From positions 1 through 64,000 of the forward strand of contig JBEWZL010000057.1 of assembly GCA_045837725.1 (NCBI GenBank): DNA of 64,000 nucleotides, written 5' to 3'. The stretch's first letter is position 1; the number at the start of each line of letters is the position of its first letter. The position numbers and the translations under genes are program-made. Positions 39,837 through 52,300 of the stretch are shown piece by piece. The notes below the pieces were generated by a model. It was not told the DNA's origin, searched no databases, and worked only from the letters and a program-made list of their open reading frames with translations. This DNA comes from Vermamoeba vermiformis (lineage: Eukaryota).

Positions 39837-40426
39837 AACAAATTAAACCCTGTTGTATTCTTTTTCTTTTCTAAATAAAGAATTGGCATTATTTAAAAAA
39901 CCGAGCTTCTCTACGATGATTATTTACTCATATAATTGATCGAACGCACAACGTATGGAAAATCAGTGGGTCGGATCCTTCTGGTACAAACCAGCTCCTT
40001 CATTCTTTACTCGAGAAAAGCGCTACATTCGCAGTTCAAATACTGATAAGAAAGTCGAAGTGCTCAACGATAATCACTCTTACAACCAATCAAGCAAAAT
40101 TCATCGGATCAAGATCTCGGATTTGAACGTCGCGGAGTCCTCTAAAGATGGCTAATACTCATAAGAAACGATAAAGAATTGTATACATTAAAATGTAGTC
40201 AAAAGGAATAAAGACTCGCCCGAGTCTACTTCAGATCCAAAGAATACAAAGTGCATTCTCGCACGTTCTTCGCGTTCACGAATAACAAAATTTCAAAGAA
40301 TGTTTTGTCCGCAGTTACGAAATTTCAGGTTTAACGCGTAATTCTCAGCTCGATGTACGTATTCTTAAAAGTTGTGCGTTTTTTTTAGAGTCTCAGTTCA
40401 TTTTAAATTGTTTTATATTGCACCAC

Positions 40427-43400
40427 ATGACCGAATATCATTTTGTAGTGCATAACCAACCGCAACAACCCGAGCTATTGGCGGTTTTAGAAAGTGGTAT
40501 GAAAACAAAACTAATTTGTTTGAACTAATTCTCTCTAATACGATCTCTTACCTTAAAGTCGAAGCCAATGTTGTTGAAATTGGTGATATTATTTACGCCA
40601 TAGCACCAACGAGCATTGTTGCTCGGATTCAGGATCAGCACGGGGAGATCTTCAATTCTTCAACCTTCCGTTCCCGATGGCCTTCTACTCTGCGTTTAAA
40701 TAATCAATATGCGTCAGTTACGCATGAAAGGCGTGCAAAAGAAACGACTCGAGAATTGATTGAAAGATTTTTTCCCAAATCTGTAAGTTCGATCATTTTG
40801 CCTTAACGCGAGACTAACATTCCTTATAGACTGAGGTTAACGTCGATAACGTTGTCGTCAGTAGCATCACCAAGAACCAAATGACTTGGGGCACGCAGAA
40901 ATTTGAGACTTTGGAGTTTGTCGCAAACTTCGAATCCGCGCTGATTAACATTTTGGTCGAAGATAGCGGCAATAGAAATCACGATACTTTGCACCTATTC
41001 TCTAGATTCGTATCCCCTGATACCCTTTCGTCGATGGCCAGTCGCCTTTCTGGAGCTGGATCAACTGCTGAAATTCCTTTCACCCAAAAACCAGAACTAG
41101 CAAGCGCTACCTTCATCGACCAGTTCGTCAACATTGTTGCACTCAATGGCTCCAAAGTAGCTCTTCATGAAGTGGACAACAACCGTGAGATCTCGTACGC
41201 AGCACTCAACAAGCTCGCGAACAAAATCGCCCACGCCATCATAGAGAAGAGACCAAGAAGCAAGTTGCCTGTTGGAGTATTCATGAATAGATCAGTCAAC
41301 TGTGTTGCTGCAATGATTGGAGTACTCAAGGCTGGATGTGCATACTTACCACTCGATCCATCGTATCCAAAACAAAGACTTGACTCCATGATTGAAACAT
41401 CGAAATGCGAGTTGATTCTTGTTGATGATTCAACGATCACGAGTGCAAGTGATTTGATCCAAGACAAAGCATCCGTCAATGTTGATGAATTATCGACAAT
41501 GTTCAGTGAAGACAATCCAAACGTGCAAGTGTCTTCAGACGATCTAATGTACGTCATCTTCACTTCTGGAAGCACGGGAACATCCAAAGGGAGTGATGGC
41601 TACGCACGCGTCAATGATGAACAGATTGAATTGGATGTTGGACACGTTCAAGGCAGAAGAAAATGAAGTGTTCCTGTTCAAGACCAAACTGTCATTCATC
41701 GATCACATCACGGAGCTGTTAACTGGCTTACTATGTGGAGGTCGAGTTGTAGTGGCATCAGATGACTTGGTGGCCAATGTGGAACGACTGCTCGATGTAC
41801 TTGCCGAACAAGCTGTTACTCGTTTAGTCGTGGTCCCTTCGTACTTGAAAGCTTTGTGCCAATCTTTGCAAATAAGACCTCGCAACTTAGCCCTACGTTA
41901 TTGCTTCACGAGTGGCCAGCGGTTGGATTCATCCACAGCACGAGCAGCGTTGCGAATGCTACCTAGCACGTTGCTTGTGAATCTTTATGGTTCAAGTGAA
42001 GTGGCCGGCGACGTCACCTATGCGATAATTAAACATCCAGCTGACATAACAATTGGTGTTCCGATAAGCAATGCACGTGTTATCCTCGAACCTACCAGTG
42101 ATGGTGAGCCAAATGAAGGCGAGATTCTCGTTGGTGGTGTGCCAATCGTTCGAGACATCGTTGGAGCAAGCAGCGCTAACAAATTCTGCACTATTGACAA
42201 CGTGCGCTACTACAAGACCGGTGACATTGGTAGACGGCTTGAAGATGGGAGAATTGAGTTCGTTGGAAGAATTGACGACCAAGTCAAAATAAGAGGTTTT
42301 CGTGTCGAGCTTGGAGAAGTCGAAGAGTGCACAAGACAAGTGAAGCAAGTTGAAGATTGTGCTGCCGTCTTCGATGAAGTGAAACAGCAGTTGGTGCTCT
42401 TTGTCAAGCCAGAGAACTGTGATATTGAACAGGTGAAGAGTCACATCAAGATTAGTCTTCCGGAGCAATGTAATCCAAGTTTGATTTTGGCAATCGACAA
42501 CATTCCCTTGACACCAAATGGTAAAACAGACCGCTTGAAGTTGAAGCAACGAGTCAACGAAACTCTCAGTGGATTGCAGATCGTCAACAAGCCAACAACT
42601 GCTTTGGAGCAGAGCATTCACGACATTTGGAAGCTAGTGCTTGAACGAGACGTGGATCTTCAAACTGACTTCTTTGCGCTCGGCGGACATTCATTGCATT
42701 CCATTCAAATTCTGTCGCTCATGAAAGCAAATCTCAATTTAGATATCAAAAGCCACGACTTCTTTGGCAACCCTTCAATTAGCCAATTAGTGCAATTCGT
42801 CGAAAATAATCAAGATCAACTCACCAGTCCGATGGCTAATGTGCCAATCCACAACGAGAGCGATGAATATGTTCCGAGCACTCCATTCCAACACCAAATG
42901 TTCTTCGTACAAATGCTAAAGCCTACTTCAAGCGCGCTGAATGTTTGCAGTGCCTTGCATCTCAGGGGACAACTGGACATCGTATTAAACACGGGTCAGG
43001 ATCTCCCTAGTTCAAGTGGTGAATAAAGGGTCTCATGCGACTCTTCGTTCATCAATTTCCAACTCGCCGTGCATCAAACGAATGCCAAAGATCTTGTGGA
43101 CTGCTTGAAACAAGAAGTAAGTCGAGCATTCAACCTCGTCACTGGTCCCTTGTACAACATCGTATTGTTTGAGTGTGGACCTGAAGACCACTGTCTCATG
43201 GTGAATTGCCATCACTCGATCGTTGACGCTTGGTCGATGGAGCTGATAGAGCAGGAGATCGCCTCTCTTTACAACGGAAAAGAGTTGCTACCACTGGACG
43301 AAGAGTTCTCTAACTATGCCCATGCTGAACGAAGTCGTGTTGTTAGTGAAGAGCACATGGAATATTGGCTGCAAGCTATCGAAAAGAACTACGTACGTCG

Positions 43401-46400
43401 TGTGCACGATGAAATCAAATCCACAAGACGGATTCAGCAATACTTCGACTTCGATAAGGTACTTGCACCTATTAATAATAACATCAGTTAATTAATGAGA
43501 ACTTTTTAAACCAGGGTCTTAGCGATTTAGTGCGGAATTACGCTAGAAATCAGCAGTGCACTCCGTCTTGTGTGCTTCTGACTGCCTTTCAAAAACTGCT
43601 CTACGAAAATAACTCACGTGTTGGTCTCTTGGCATATCCTGTCACCAATCGAAATTCTTTGGCGTTGTCTTCAGTGGTTGGCCCAATCTTCAATACAATG
43701 CTGCACCAGTTAAAACAAGTAGACTACACACGCCCGTTTTCCCAGCTGGTTGCGGAGAACTTCAAGCTTTGGAAAGAAGAACTCCGCTACAACACTTTGC
43801 CGCTTGCCACAATTTTGTCGAAATTCCGCGGCAATCAGGGTGACGCACGTTCGCTAGTTGAAGTAATGTTCACGTTTTGGAACGCGAAACAATGCAGCAA
43901 TCTCTTCAATGGGCTTAGCAACAAATACGTGGAGTTTTTCACCGATGATTCACAATTTCCTATCGAAGTGAATTTCACAGAGAGAGACGGAGAGCTGCGT
44001 TGCATGGTTGACTACAATTTCTCCTATCTGGCCATTGACGCTGCACAGTTCAAAGCTCGCTTGACCGAGATTCTAACGCAGGCATTCAATAATAACGAAT
44101 CTCCAGTCGTCAGCAGATCCGTTATTAACAGCCCACCCAAAGTAATCTACGGTGACTCTGTGGCAGTAATGAGGAGATGCCTCCACCAAGCTTTTGAAGA
44201 TCAAGCTGCCGTACACGTAGAAGACATTGCCATTTTTTGTTCGCTGACAAAAATCTCGTACGCGGATCTCAACAAGCTCGCAAACAGAATTGCCCACGCC
44301 ATCATAGAGAAGAGGCCAAGAAGCAAGTCGCCTGTTGGAGTGTTCATGAATAGATCAGTCAACTGCGTTGCTGCAATGATTGGCGTACTCAAGGCTGGAT
44401 GTGCATACTTACCACTCGATCCATCGTATCCAAAACAAAGACTTGACTCCATGATTGCAACGTCAAAATGCGAGTTGATTCTTGTTGATGATTCAACGAT
44501 CACGAGTGCAAGTGATTTGATCCAAGACAAAGCATCCGTCAATGTTGACGAATTATCGACAATGTTCAGTGAAGACAATCCAAACGTGCAAGTGTCTTCA
44601 GACGATCTGATGTACGTCATCTTCACTTCTGGGAGCACGGGAACGCCAAAGGGAGTGATGATTCCTCACTCGAATGTTCTTAATGTCAGTTCGGTACTTC
44701 AACGACAAGCTCCAGATCTGTGCCAAAGACAAGGTGCTCGCACATACTTCATTCAACTTCGACATTTCAGTGCTTGAAATCTGGTGCGCGCTGACAACAG
44801 GAGCGTCAATTGAGCTAATGGAGAAGACGCTTGAGCACGCTGCCTCGTTAGGAGATGAATTGATCACGAAGGGCATTACGGTGGCCCAAGCTACTCCAAG
44901 TCTCTGGAAATTGTCGTTTGCAAGCCCCTGGAAGGCTCCACATACGCGCATTATCGTCGGTGGAGAAGCTCTGACCATTGACGTCGCCCAACAACTGGTC
45001 AAGCGCGCTGGGCGGGTCTTCAACGCCTATGGCCCCACCGAAACAACTATATGGTCAACTTGCAACGAACTGAGTCCAACGCAGGTCCTATCAACATGCT
45101 GCATTGGCAAGCCTATCTGGAATACGCAAGTCACTGTACTTACTAGACTCCACGGACGGGGCCGGCGAAATAGTCATTGCTGGTGACGGAATATTTGGAG
45201 GATACATCAATCAACCTGAAAGAACGAGTGAGAAGACTCTCGTATTAAACAATGCTCGTTTTTACCGAACTGGCGACCGCGGAAGATTGCTGAACGATGG
45301 AAGTATCGAATATATCGGAAGAATTGACGACCAAGTCAAAATAAGAGGTTTTCGTGTCGAGCTTGGAGAAGTCGAAGAGTGCGCAAGACAAGTGAAGCAA
45401 GTTGAAGATTGTGCTGCTGTCTTCGATGAACTGAAACAGCAGTTGGTGCTCTTTGTCAAGCCAGAGAACTGTGATATTGAACAGGTGAAGAGTCACATCA
45501 AGATTAGCCTACCAATGCAATGCGTTCCGAACTTAGTCTTGACGACTACCACAATTCCGTTGACGTTGAACGGCAAAACAAATCGTCTGGAGCTAAAGAA
45601 GCGAGCAAGAGAGGTCCTGGAGCAGCGACAAATCGTCAACAAGCCAATAACTGCCGTAGAACAAAGCATTCACGACATTTGGAAGCACGTCTTCAATAGC
45701 AGCGCAGATATTGACGTCCATACCGACTTCTTTTCGCTTGGCGGCCATTCTCTTCATACAGTTCAGATCGTATCAACAATCGGAGCCAATTTGAACGTGC
45801 AAATTACGCTGCAAGACTTCTTCGGCTGTCCTACAATTAGCCAACTTGCTAAATTAGTAGAAAACGAATTAGCAGCGCAGAAGACGCTGAAATCGTTCGT
45901 CGAGGTGCTCACCGATGACTTGCAATTCACTGTCACGCCTCCAACCACTGTAGACCACAACCAATACCAGGAGGTCGTTCTCTTGACTGGTGCTAGTGGG
46001 TTTGTTGGCATGAAAGTCCTCGAAGCATTGCTCCAAAGACGGAAGGATTGTACCGTCTACTGTTTGTCTCGTCATGTGGCCAAGCTTGTTGCCGAAGTCG
46101 ATTCTCGTCTGGCCGTTTATTCATCAAGAATACGCTGCATCGAAGGAAAGCCTGAATTGCCTTCGCTTGGGCTTGCCAAAGAAAGCTACGCTGATCTGCG
46201 AAACAAAATTACCAAAATCGTTCACTGTGGAGCCGAAGTCAACTTCTTAAAGGATTACCTGCACCTAGCTTCAAACGTAGAGTCGACTAAACACCTGATA
46301 GAATTCGCAGCTGACAAAGGCATACCGCTGATTTACATAAGTACCAACAATCCGTTCTATTTGGATCCAGAAGAGAACATTGCGACATTGAGTAGAGAAC

Positions 46401-46883
46401 TTTCCGAATACTATGGGCTACATTCAAACCAAATTAGTATCGGAATACATAGTACAGAAAAATCTACGACATTACACGATCATCAGGCTTCCATTGGTGT
46501 CTTCAAGATCTCTCACGGACGACTGCAATCAAAACGAACTGTTGATGGCGGTCCTGAAGTCATCCTCTTCGTTGGGAATCTATCCAGACATACAAGCTGA
46601 GATTGACGTGTTGCCGGTAGACATCGTTTGCCGAATATTGGCGGACATCATCGAAAATCCCGAGAAACACGCGAGGCTTTTGTCGATCTCGAACAACGAG
46701 CCACTGACTCTCAAAGATATTGTCGAGCGCGTTGGTCTGCAGCTTAAGTCGTCTTCGTTGGAAAACTGGAAACGAAAGAGCGGTACTGATTTCGCTAAAT
46801 TTCTGGCCATTCTGCACGAAAATGCGTTCCCGCCCAAAGTACGGCACGGCAGGTTTAGATTTGTAGAGGACACGTGGTCTTAG
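40427..46883 (+). CDS. Bimodular NRPS: (unknown N-terminal domain)-A-T-C-A-T-R (terminal thioester reductase)
   Basis: Two A domains (AYLPLDP, YVIFTSGSTG.PKG, Y.TGD, GRIDDQVKIRGFRVELGE, LT.NGK); two T domains (FF.LGGHSL); C domain HHSIVD; reductase LTGASGFVG and GYIQTK. Introns ~40497-40558, 40783-40829, 43459-43514; apparent frameshifts ~41585, 42990, 44690, 45140, 46410. Confidence 0.9.
41190..41598 (+). repeat. Near-identical intragenic duplicate of 44253-44660 (A-domain N-terminal part)
   Basis: DNA almost identical, including synonymous sites, from ATCTCGTACGC to GGAGTGATG. Confidence 0.9.
42265..42455 (+). repeat. Near-identical intragenic duplicate of 45317-45507 (A8 motif region)
   Basis: GGAAGAATTGACGACCAAGTC...CACATCAAGATTAG occurs twice with only a few substitutions. 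Confidence 0.9.
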
Positions 46884-47490
46884 TACTACACCAATCAATC
46901 TTGCTTGAATAAAATTGTGTTTTGTGTGGTAGATCTGAAAAAATATTGTTAGTTAGGAGCACAACGCTTCGAGAACAACTACTAAGCTATTTGAGGAATA
47001 TTTATGTACGAATTGACGGAGGCAGCTGCGCAGGCCTTGTACGTACTTTAGATTTGACAATGTCTCATCAGAATTCTAAATATTAAAATACCGCCAAAAA
47101 ATTATTCAATATAAAATGCAACTTCCTTTATATTGGTTTTTTGCATATTTTCCAAGAGGCACGGTGCTCTATTTTTTTTTTGGTTAAATCTTACCTTTTT
47201 TCCAACAGATCTTGCATTGTCGACAGTTGCTCGTGATATTTGTTACGAAGCGTTGTGTATTGAAACGCGAGCAATAAAATGTAAGTTACATTATACAGAA
47301 TCAAATCTAGAGCTTCCGAATCTCTACTTGGAAAATAAAATTAATAGATTTACCTCAGGTGAAGGTCTAAGCAGAGTCACAACGTGGTGCGTAGCTTTAT
47401 GACCGAGCAAAGTAAGTCAAAATTAAAATTCCAATCGTTTTGTTTTATCTATTCCGGCCCTACAAACAAAACAAAGTCACGTCACCATCT

Positions 47491-48234
47491 CTAAAGCGAC
47501 GAATGTTGCTTGTGTTGAACGTGGCTATCGGGAGAGGTGTTGAGATTTCCAGAATAGTACACCACGTCCACCTTGCTTCCCTTCGACAACGTGACGTTCT
47601 TCGCGCGCACCTCCTTCGCTCTAGTGTTCTCTAGCACGACGTCTCCTTCTGAGATCACACGACTGGCTACTTCAAAGCCCGGAGTACCTGCTTTCGCCTC
47701 GATCTTGATGGAGTGCTGGCCGTACAAGTCTCGCACCTCGCTCTTGGATTCAGAGTCACACTTGAACGAGATGTTTTGACCTGAAAGCACGTTAGTGATC
47801 ATGCGACCAACACCAGTGAAGTTCGTGGCTTCGATATTCTGCGAGACATTAAGAAATCCGATGTGATTGAGTTTCTCAACTTTCACGCTGCCACCGACGG
47901 CGAGCATTCCAGTGACAGAGACGCTGTTGCAATTGACGTTGCCTTCGACAGTAACAGGACCAATCACATCGATAGAATTTGTCAGATCGCCTTTGCAATA
48001 CATTGGGCCGAAGTGAGTGGAGCCAGAGTTGCTTGAGAAAGTTGGTCCGTAGGTCTCAGAACTGCCCGGAATGTACTTGCGAGCGAAGGGAGGAACGTAG
48101 GCTTGCCAGTCTTCGTTGCCGGATTCGGGGCTTGAGGGAGGAGAGCTCGAAGATGACGCATGATTGTGCCAATTGTGAGGGCACTGGCCGTGGCTATGGT
48201 TTGGAATGAACTTTGTCCAGAAGGGTTCAGTCAT
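47491..48234 (-). CDS. Bactofilin-like/polymer-forming beta-helix protein (Bacillus YhbE/YhbF-like C-terminus), intronless
   Basis: V.G.V.V.G-type repeats; C-terminal EGDVVLENTRAKEVRAKNVTLSKGSKVDVVYY. Confidence 0.6.
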   Translation of the reverse strand: MTEPFWTKFIPNHSHGQCPHNWHNHASSSSSPPSSPESGNEDWQAYVPPFARKYIPGSSETYGPTFSSNSGSTHFGPMYCKGDLTNSIDVIGPVTVEGNVNCNSVSVTGMLAVGGSVKVEKLNHIGFLNVSQNIEATNFTGVGRMITNVLSGQNISFKCDSESKSEVRDLYGQHSIKIEAKAGTPGFEVASRVISEGDVVLENTRAKEVRAKNVTLSKGSKVDVVYYSGNLNTSPDSHVQHKQHSSL

Positions 48235-48543
48235 GACTTGCTTGCGTGGTTTTGAGTGCGATAAGATTTAAAATTAATCGATGTGAAGTTTTTTTTGTTT
48301 TTGACGTATTCTTATTCTTAGTAACACAAGCACGTGATTTCTCGCGCACGACGGACATAAGAATACAATCTGCCTATTCTTTAGCCTTTCGCTGAAAATT
48401 TTCACTTGCAGTTCAATTCTTCGTTCCTAACTTTCGAAAGATATTCTTTACCTCAATGCACTATTCTTATGCAATTTACTCTATTCTAATCGTTTATTTA
48501 CTTGAATACCAATACAGTAGTCTCGTCTACTCATTACAAAGAA

Positions 48544-49239
48544 TTAGATTTGTTGTTTGCTCTCCACATCCGAGTGAAATTCGGTCAAATTAGTGGAGTA
48601 CGTGAGTGATTCAACGTGAGAGTGAAATAAGGTAACATTTTCTCCGCGAACACTCTTCGCAAACACATTATGCAGCACTATGTTCTTTCCTACGATGCTG
48701 TTCACTTTAACTTTGGGTGTGTTCTCCTTCGTTTTGATGAGTACTGAGTCTGCGTTGATTTCGCTAATCGACGAGGACGAGTCAATTTTCAATTCAATTG
48801 CCTTCGCTGAGATTGATTTGGCTTGCACATTGCCTACGACAGAGCAGGTTTCGGTTTTAATGTCATTCGCAGTCAAGGCACCAGTGACAGTCAGCTTTGC
48901 TACTACAGAAGATCCAAGGATAGAGAGCGGTCCAGTGACGGTTACCTCTTCAGCTTTTAAGTTGCCGCGGATAGTAGCGCTTCCGTAGACTTTTAACTCG
49001 TTGGATGTGCAGCCATTTTTTACGACCAAGGATCCATAGTGCGTTAGAGATTTCTCAAGAGAGTCAACGACCTTTTCGCCGTAAGTTGCATCAGATTCCC
49101 AGCCATCGAGGTTGTGCCATTGTTGATCCCAGTCTCGTGCCTCGTCATCCAGATCCACAAACTTTGGCACATACTTTCGCCAGTCAAAGCACAGGGTCAT
49201 GCCAATAAGTATAAATATGAACACGATATTCGAGCGCAT
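48544..49239 (-). CDS. Second bactofilin-like beta-helix paralogue, with predicted signal peptide, intronless
   Basis: Hydrophobic start MRSNIVFIFILIGMTLC; LKVYGSATIRGNL, VTVTGPL, LTVTGAL repeats; IVGKNIVLHNVFAKSVRGENVTL...VESLTY. Confidence 0.6.
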   Translation of the reverse strand: MRSNIVFIFILIGMTLCFDWRKYVPKFVDLDDEARDWDQQWHNLDGWESDATYGEKVVDSLEKSLTHYGSLVVKNGCTSNELKVYGSATIRGNLKAEEVTVTGPLSILGSSVVAKLTVTGALTANDIKTETCSVVGNVQAKSISAKAIELKIDSSSSISEINADSVLIKTKENTPKVKVNSIVGKNIVLHNVFAKSVRGENVTLFHSHVESLTYSTNLTEFHSDVESKQQI

Positions 49240-49363
49240 TTGGGGTCTTCAGTTGTGTTGTTGTTAATCGTTTTAAGAATTGATTTGAAAGAATTGAGCG
49301 AAAAGCTATTAAAATTTGTTTTTCGGAATAAGCCATTTCTATTCTTTATTAAGAAAGGACAAC

Positions 49364-52300
49364 ATGGATTTGAAGCAATTCAACGCACTATTTAAAGATA
49401 GGTTACCTTGGGGAAGATCTTTGCTTTACGCCCCTCATTTGTGCAAGAGCTTGGAGGCTATTTTACCCGTCCTCGAGCAAATAAGCAAGATAGATCCTTT
49501 AAAAGTGCTATCGGAACTCGTGAAAGCATGGCTTCAAGAATTGGATTCGTTGATCTTACCAACAATCGTTCACGAAATTAAAATCGCGGATAAAACTGGA
49601 GCTCTTCGCGGTTCTACTTCCGAAGAAAAGTATAAAAGGTAATTAAAATATAAGTAATCTTAAATTTCTAACAAATTACTTTATTCCCGTAGCTTTTTCA
49701 GAGATGCGAATAACAAACTTGCGGCCACTTTCGCTCAACTTCCCAACAAATACCCGATGTTAATGGAATATATTAAGCTTTATGTTTCATCAACCGTCTC
49801 GAATTTGAAGACAGCATTGGAGCGCTTTGTAAAAGACTCCGAAGAATTGCAATCTTTGGTATGTAACGCTGCGAAAATGATCCACTACAAGCCTAATGAA
49901 CAAAATAGGGATCAGTGGTATCGATTCTTCCAACTGATTCTGATAGACATGGAAACGGGCAACAAGTTCTCATTTTCGAGTTCGACAACAGCACGAAACT
50001 TGTGTACAAGCCCTTTGGAGGTACGTTCATGATTGAACTTTGCGGTTTTATGAATTCTCGCCAACAATATTCGCTCAGGGGACAGTGCGCGTGTGTTTAC
50101 GAACTATTGCAAAGCAATGAACTATCCTAAGATTCCTCGCATTGTTGTGCCGAGCAATCAGCTGCTGCCTCAAAAGGTAAGTTAGAACACGATCATTCGA
50201 TCATTAACTAAGAATAATTGCAGTACTATTGGATGGAGTACTTGACCTATGCTCCGTGCCAATCAGAGGTTGAGGTGCGACAGTACTTTCACAACGCTGG
50301 CAAGCTCCTGTGCATTGCAGAGTCGCTCGTTATGTCTGACGGACACAGCGATAACTTGATTGCTAGCGGCAGTGTGCCAGTAGTTGTTGATACGGAGACT
50401 ATATTTAGACCCCAAGTGTCGCGGTTTGAAAATGAACTTGACACTTTTGAGAGTAAGATATTAATTGCAATGGAACGGCAGTATCTAAGCGTTATTTTAA
50501 CAGAGAGATTGAGGATGACACTCTTAGTCCAAGACCCACCAGTTGTGGGTAAGCAGTTCGATGAGTTGCATGCTGCGTTCCAACAGCACGAAGAAGAAAA
50601 GCCAATTAGCGTGTTGTCCTACCATGCAAGTCACGATTTCACAGCTGACATCACACTAGAGACCGAGATGAGCGAGATCGCAACAAACAAAGCTGTACCA
50701 ACTTTGGCGGGAAAAGTCGTGTTCTTGCACGATAATAGTCGATGCATTTATGGAAGGTACGTCACTTTATTTGCACCCTCTTATATTAAACTAATGATGC
50801 CAAACAAAGGATTTATCGAGGCAAAGCAGTTGCTATTAGCCAATAAGGAGGTTATTGCAGCTTTGCTTGAGAACATTCAAACACGAGTAATTCTGCGACC
50901 AACCGCGTTGTACCTGAATTATCTTAGTGCTCTGAAGCAGCCTTGCCACCTTGGTTCTAGGGAAGATGCCGAGCTGTTCTTGAGGTACTGGCGCGACTCG
51001 AAGTCTTTTTAGTTGCTAAATACTATCCGCAGAACTTCGCTCAAACAGCACAACATTGAAGGCGCCAAAAGTTTTGCGAACTACGATGCTCTACTCGATT
51101 CAGAAGTAACTCAGTTATTAAGGCTTGATGTCCCCGCATTCTACGCTTTTGCCGGTGACCTTTCCGTGTGCACTAATACAGAAACGATAGCAAAAGACTT
51201 CTTCTTAGCCCCAACTAGCCTTGATTTTGCAAAGGCATTGCTTGACACCCCATTAAACGACTCGGATCTCAAAGCTTTGCGCGATATCGCGTCAACAAAG
51301 GCTAAAATGACGTTTGAAAGTGACAGTAAGTTGATTTATCCTCGTTAATGATTACTAACGATTAATAAGGTTTCGCAAAATTTGCGGTTGCTTTAGCGTC
51401 TAAGGCGAAGCGTCTTGACGATACAACTACATTCAGGGGTGAGTCTGGAAAGCTTATTGTCTTTGCAGCGCTTGCAAACGAACAAAAATTAATTGGGTAT
51501 GTTTGTAAAAACGAAATTAATAGTTGTGTAACCGTTCGTTTAGTGACGCAGCCAAAATCTTTCACAAAGAAGCTATGTCTCTTATCGATTCCTTGCTCAG
51601 CCAGCTTCAGAATTCTGCCATCCAACCTGATGGAGCCGCTCTTGGTACTTGTTCTGTGTTGTACGCATTGAGCTTGACGGCTTCTACGCTCAAGTGTACC
51701 AACTGATAAGATCGTGCAAGCTGCACTCCGCGTGGAGGAGACTGTCGACGAGTTAGATTTATTGGGTGGCGTAGCAGGAGCGATTTTGTGCCTATTAGCT
51801 ACTGAACATCTCGTTCAGGATACTCCTGAAGGTAATGACTAACACCCGAAATACACGATATATTTACTACCTCATTTCCCTAGGCGCTTTGTTGCTGAGC
51901 AAAGCTGAGAGACTGGCGGATGCAATGTTGAATCAATACTCTAGGTGGAAGAAACTCACGGGAGCGTCACACGGTTATTCTGGATTGATTCTGACGCTGC
52001 ATCGTTTGTACATGAGAACAAGCCGCGAAAAGTACTTAAACTTCTTGATTGAGCTGGTGCATATTGAAGACAAGTTTTACTCCCAAGAGTAAGGACAACG
52101 CGTAGTCTAATAGTACGGCATTAACGCTAGTCTATAGGCACAGAAACTGGTTGGATATGCGCGAAGGTATGGACAACTACGATTGGTACACTTGGTGCAA
52201 CGGGGCACCGGGAATAGCTACAGTTCGAAACTCGATCTACTCTGTGCTGCCAGACACGATGAAAAGCGATTGGTCAGCGACAGCGATGCAAATCTACGAT

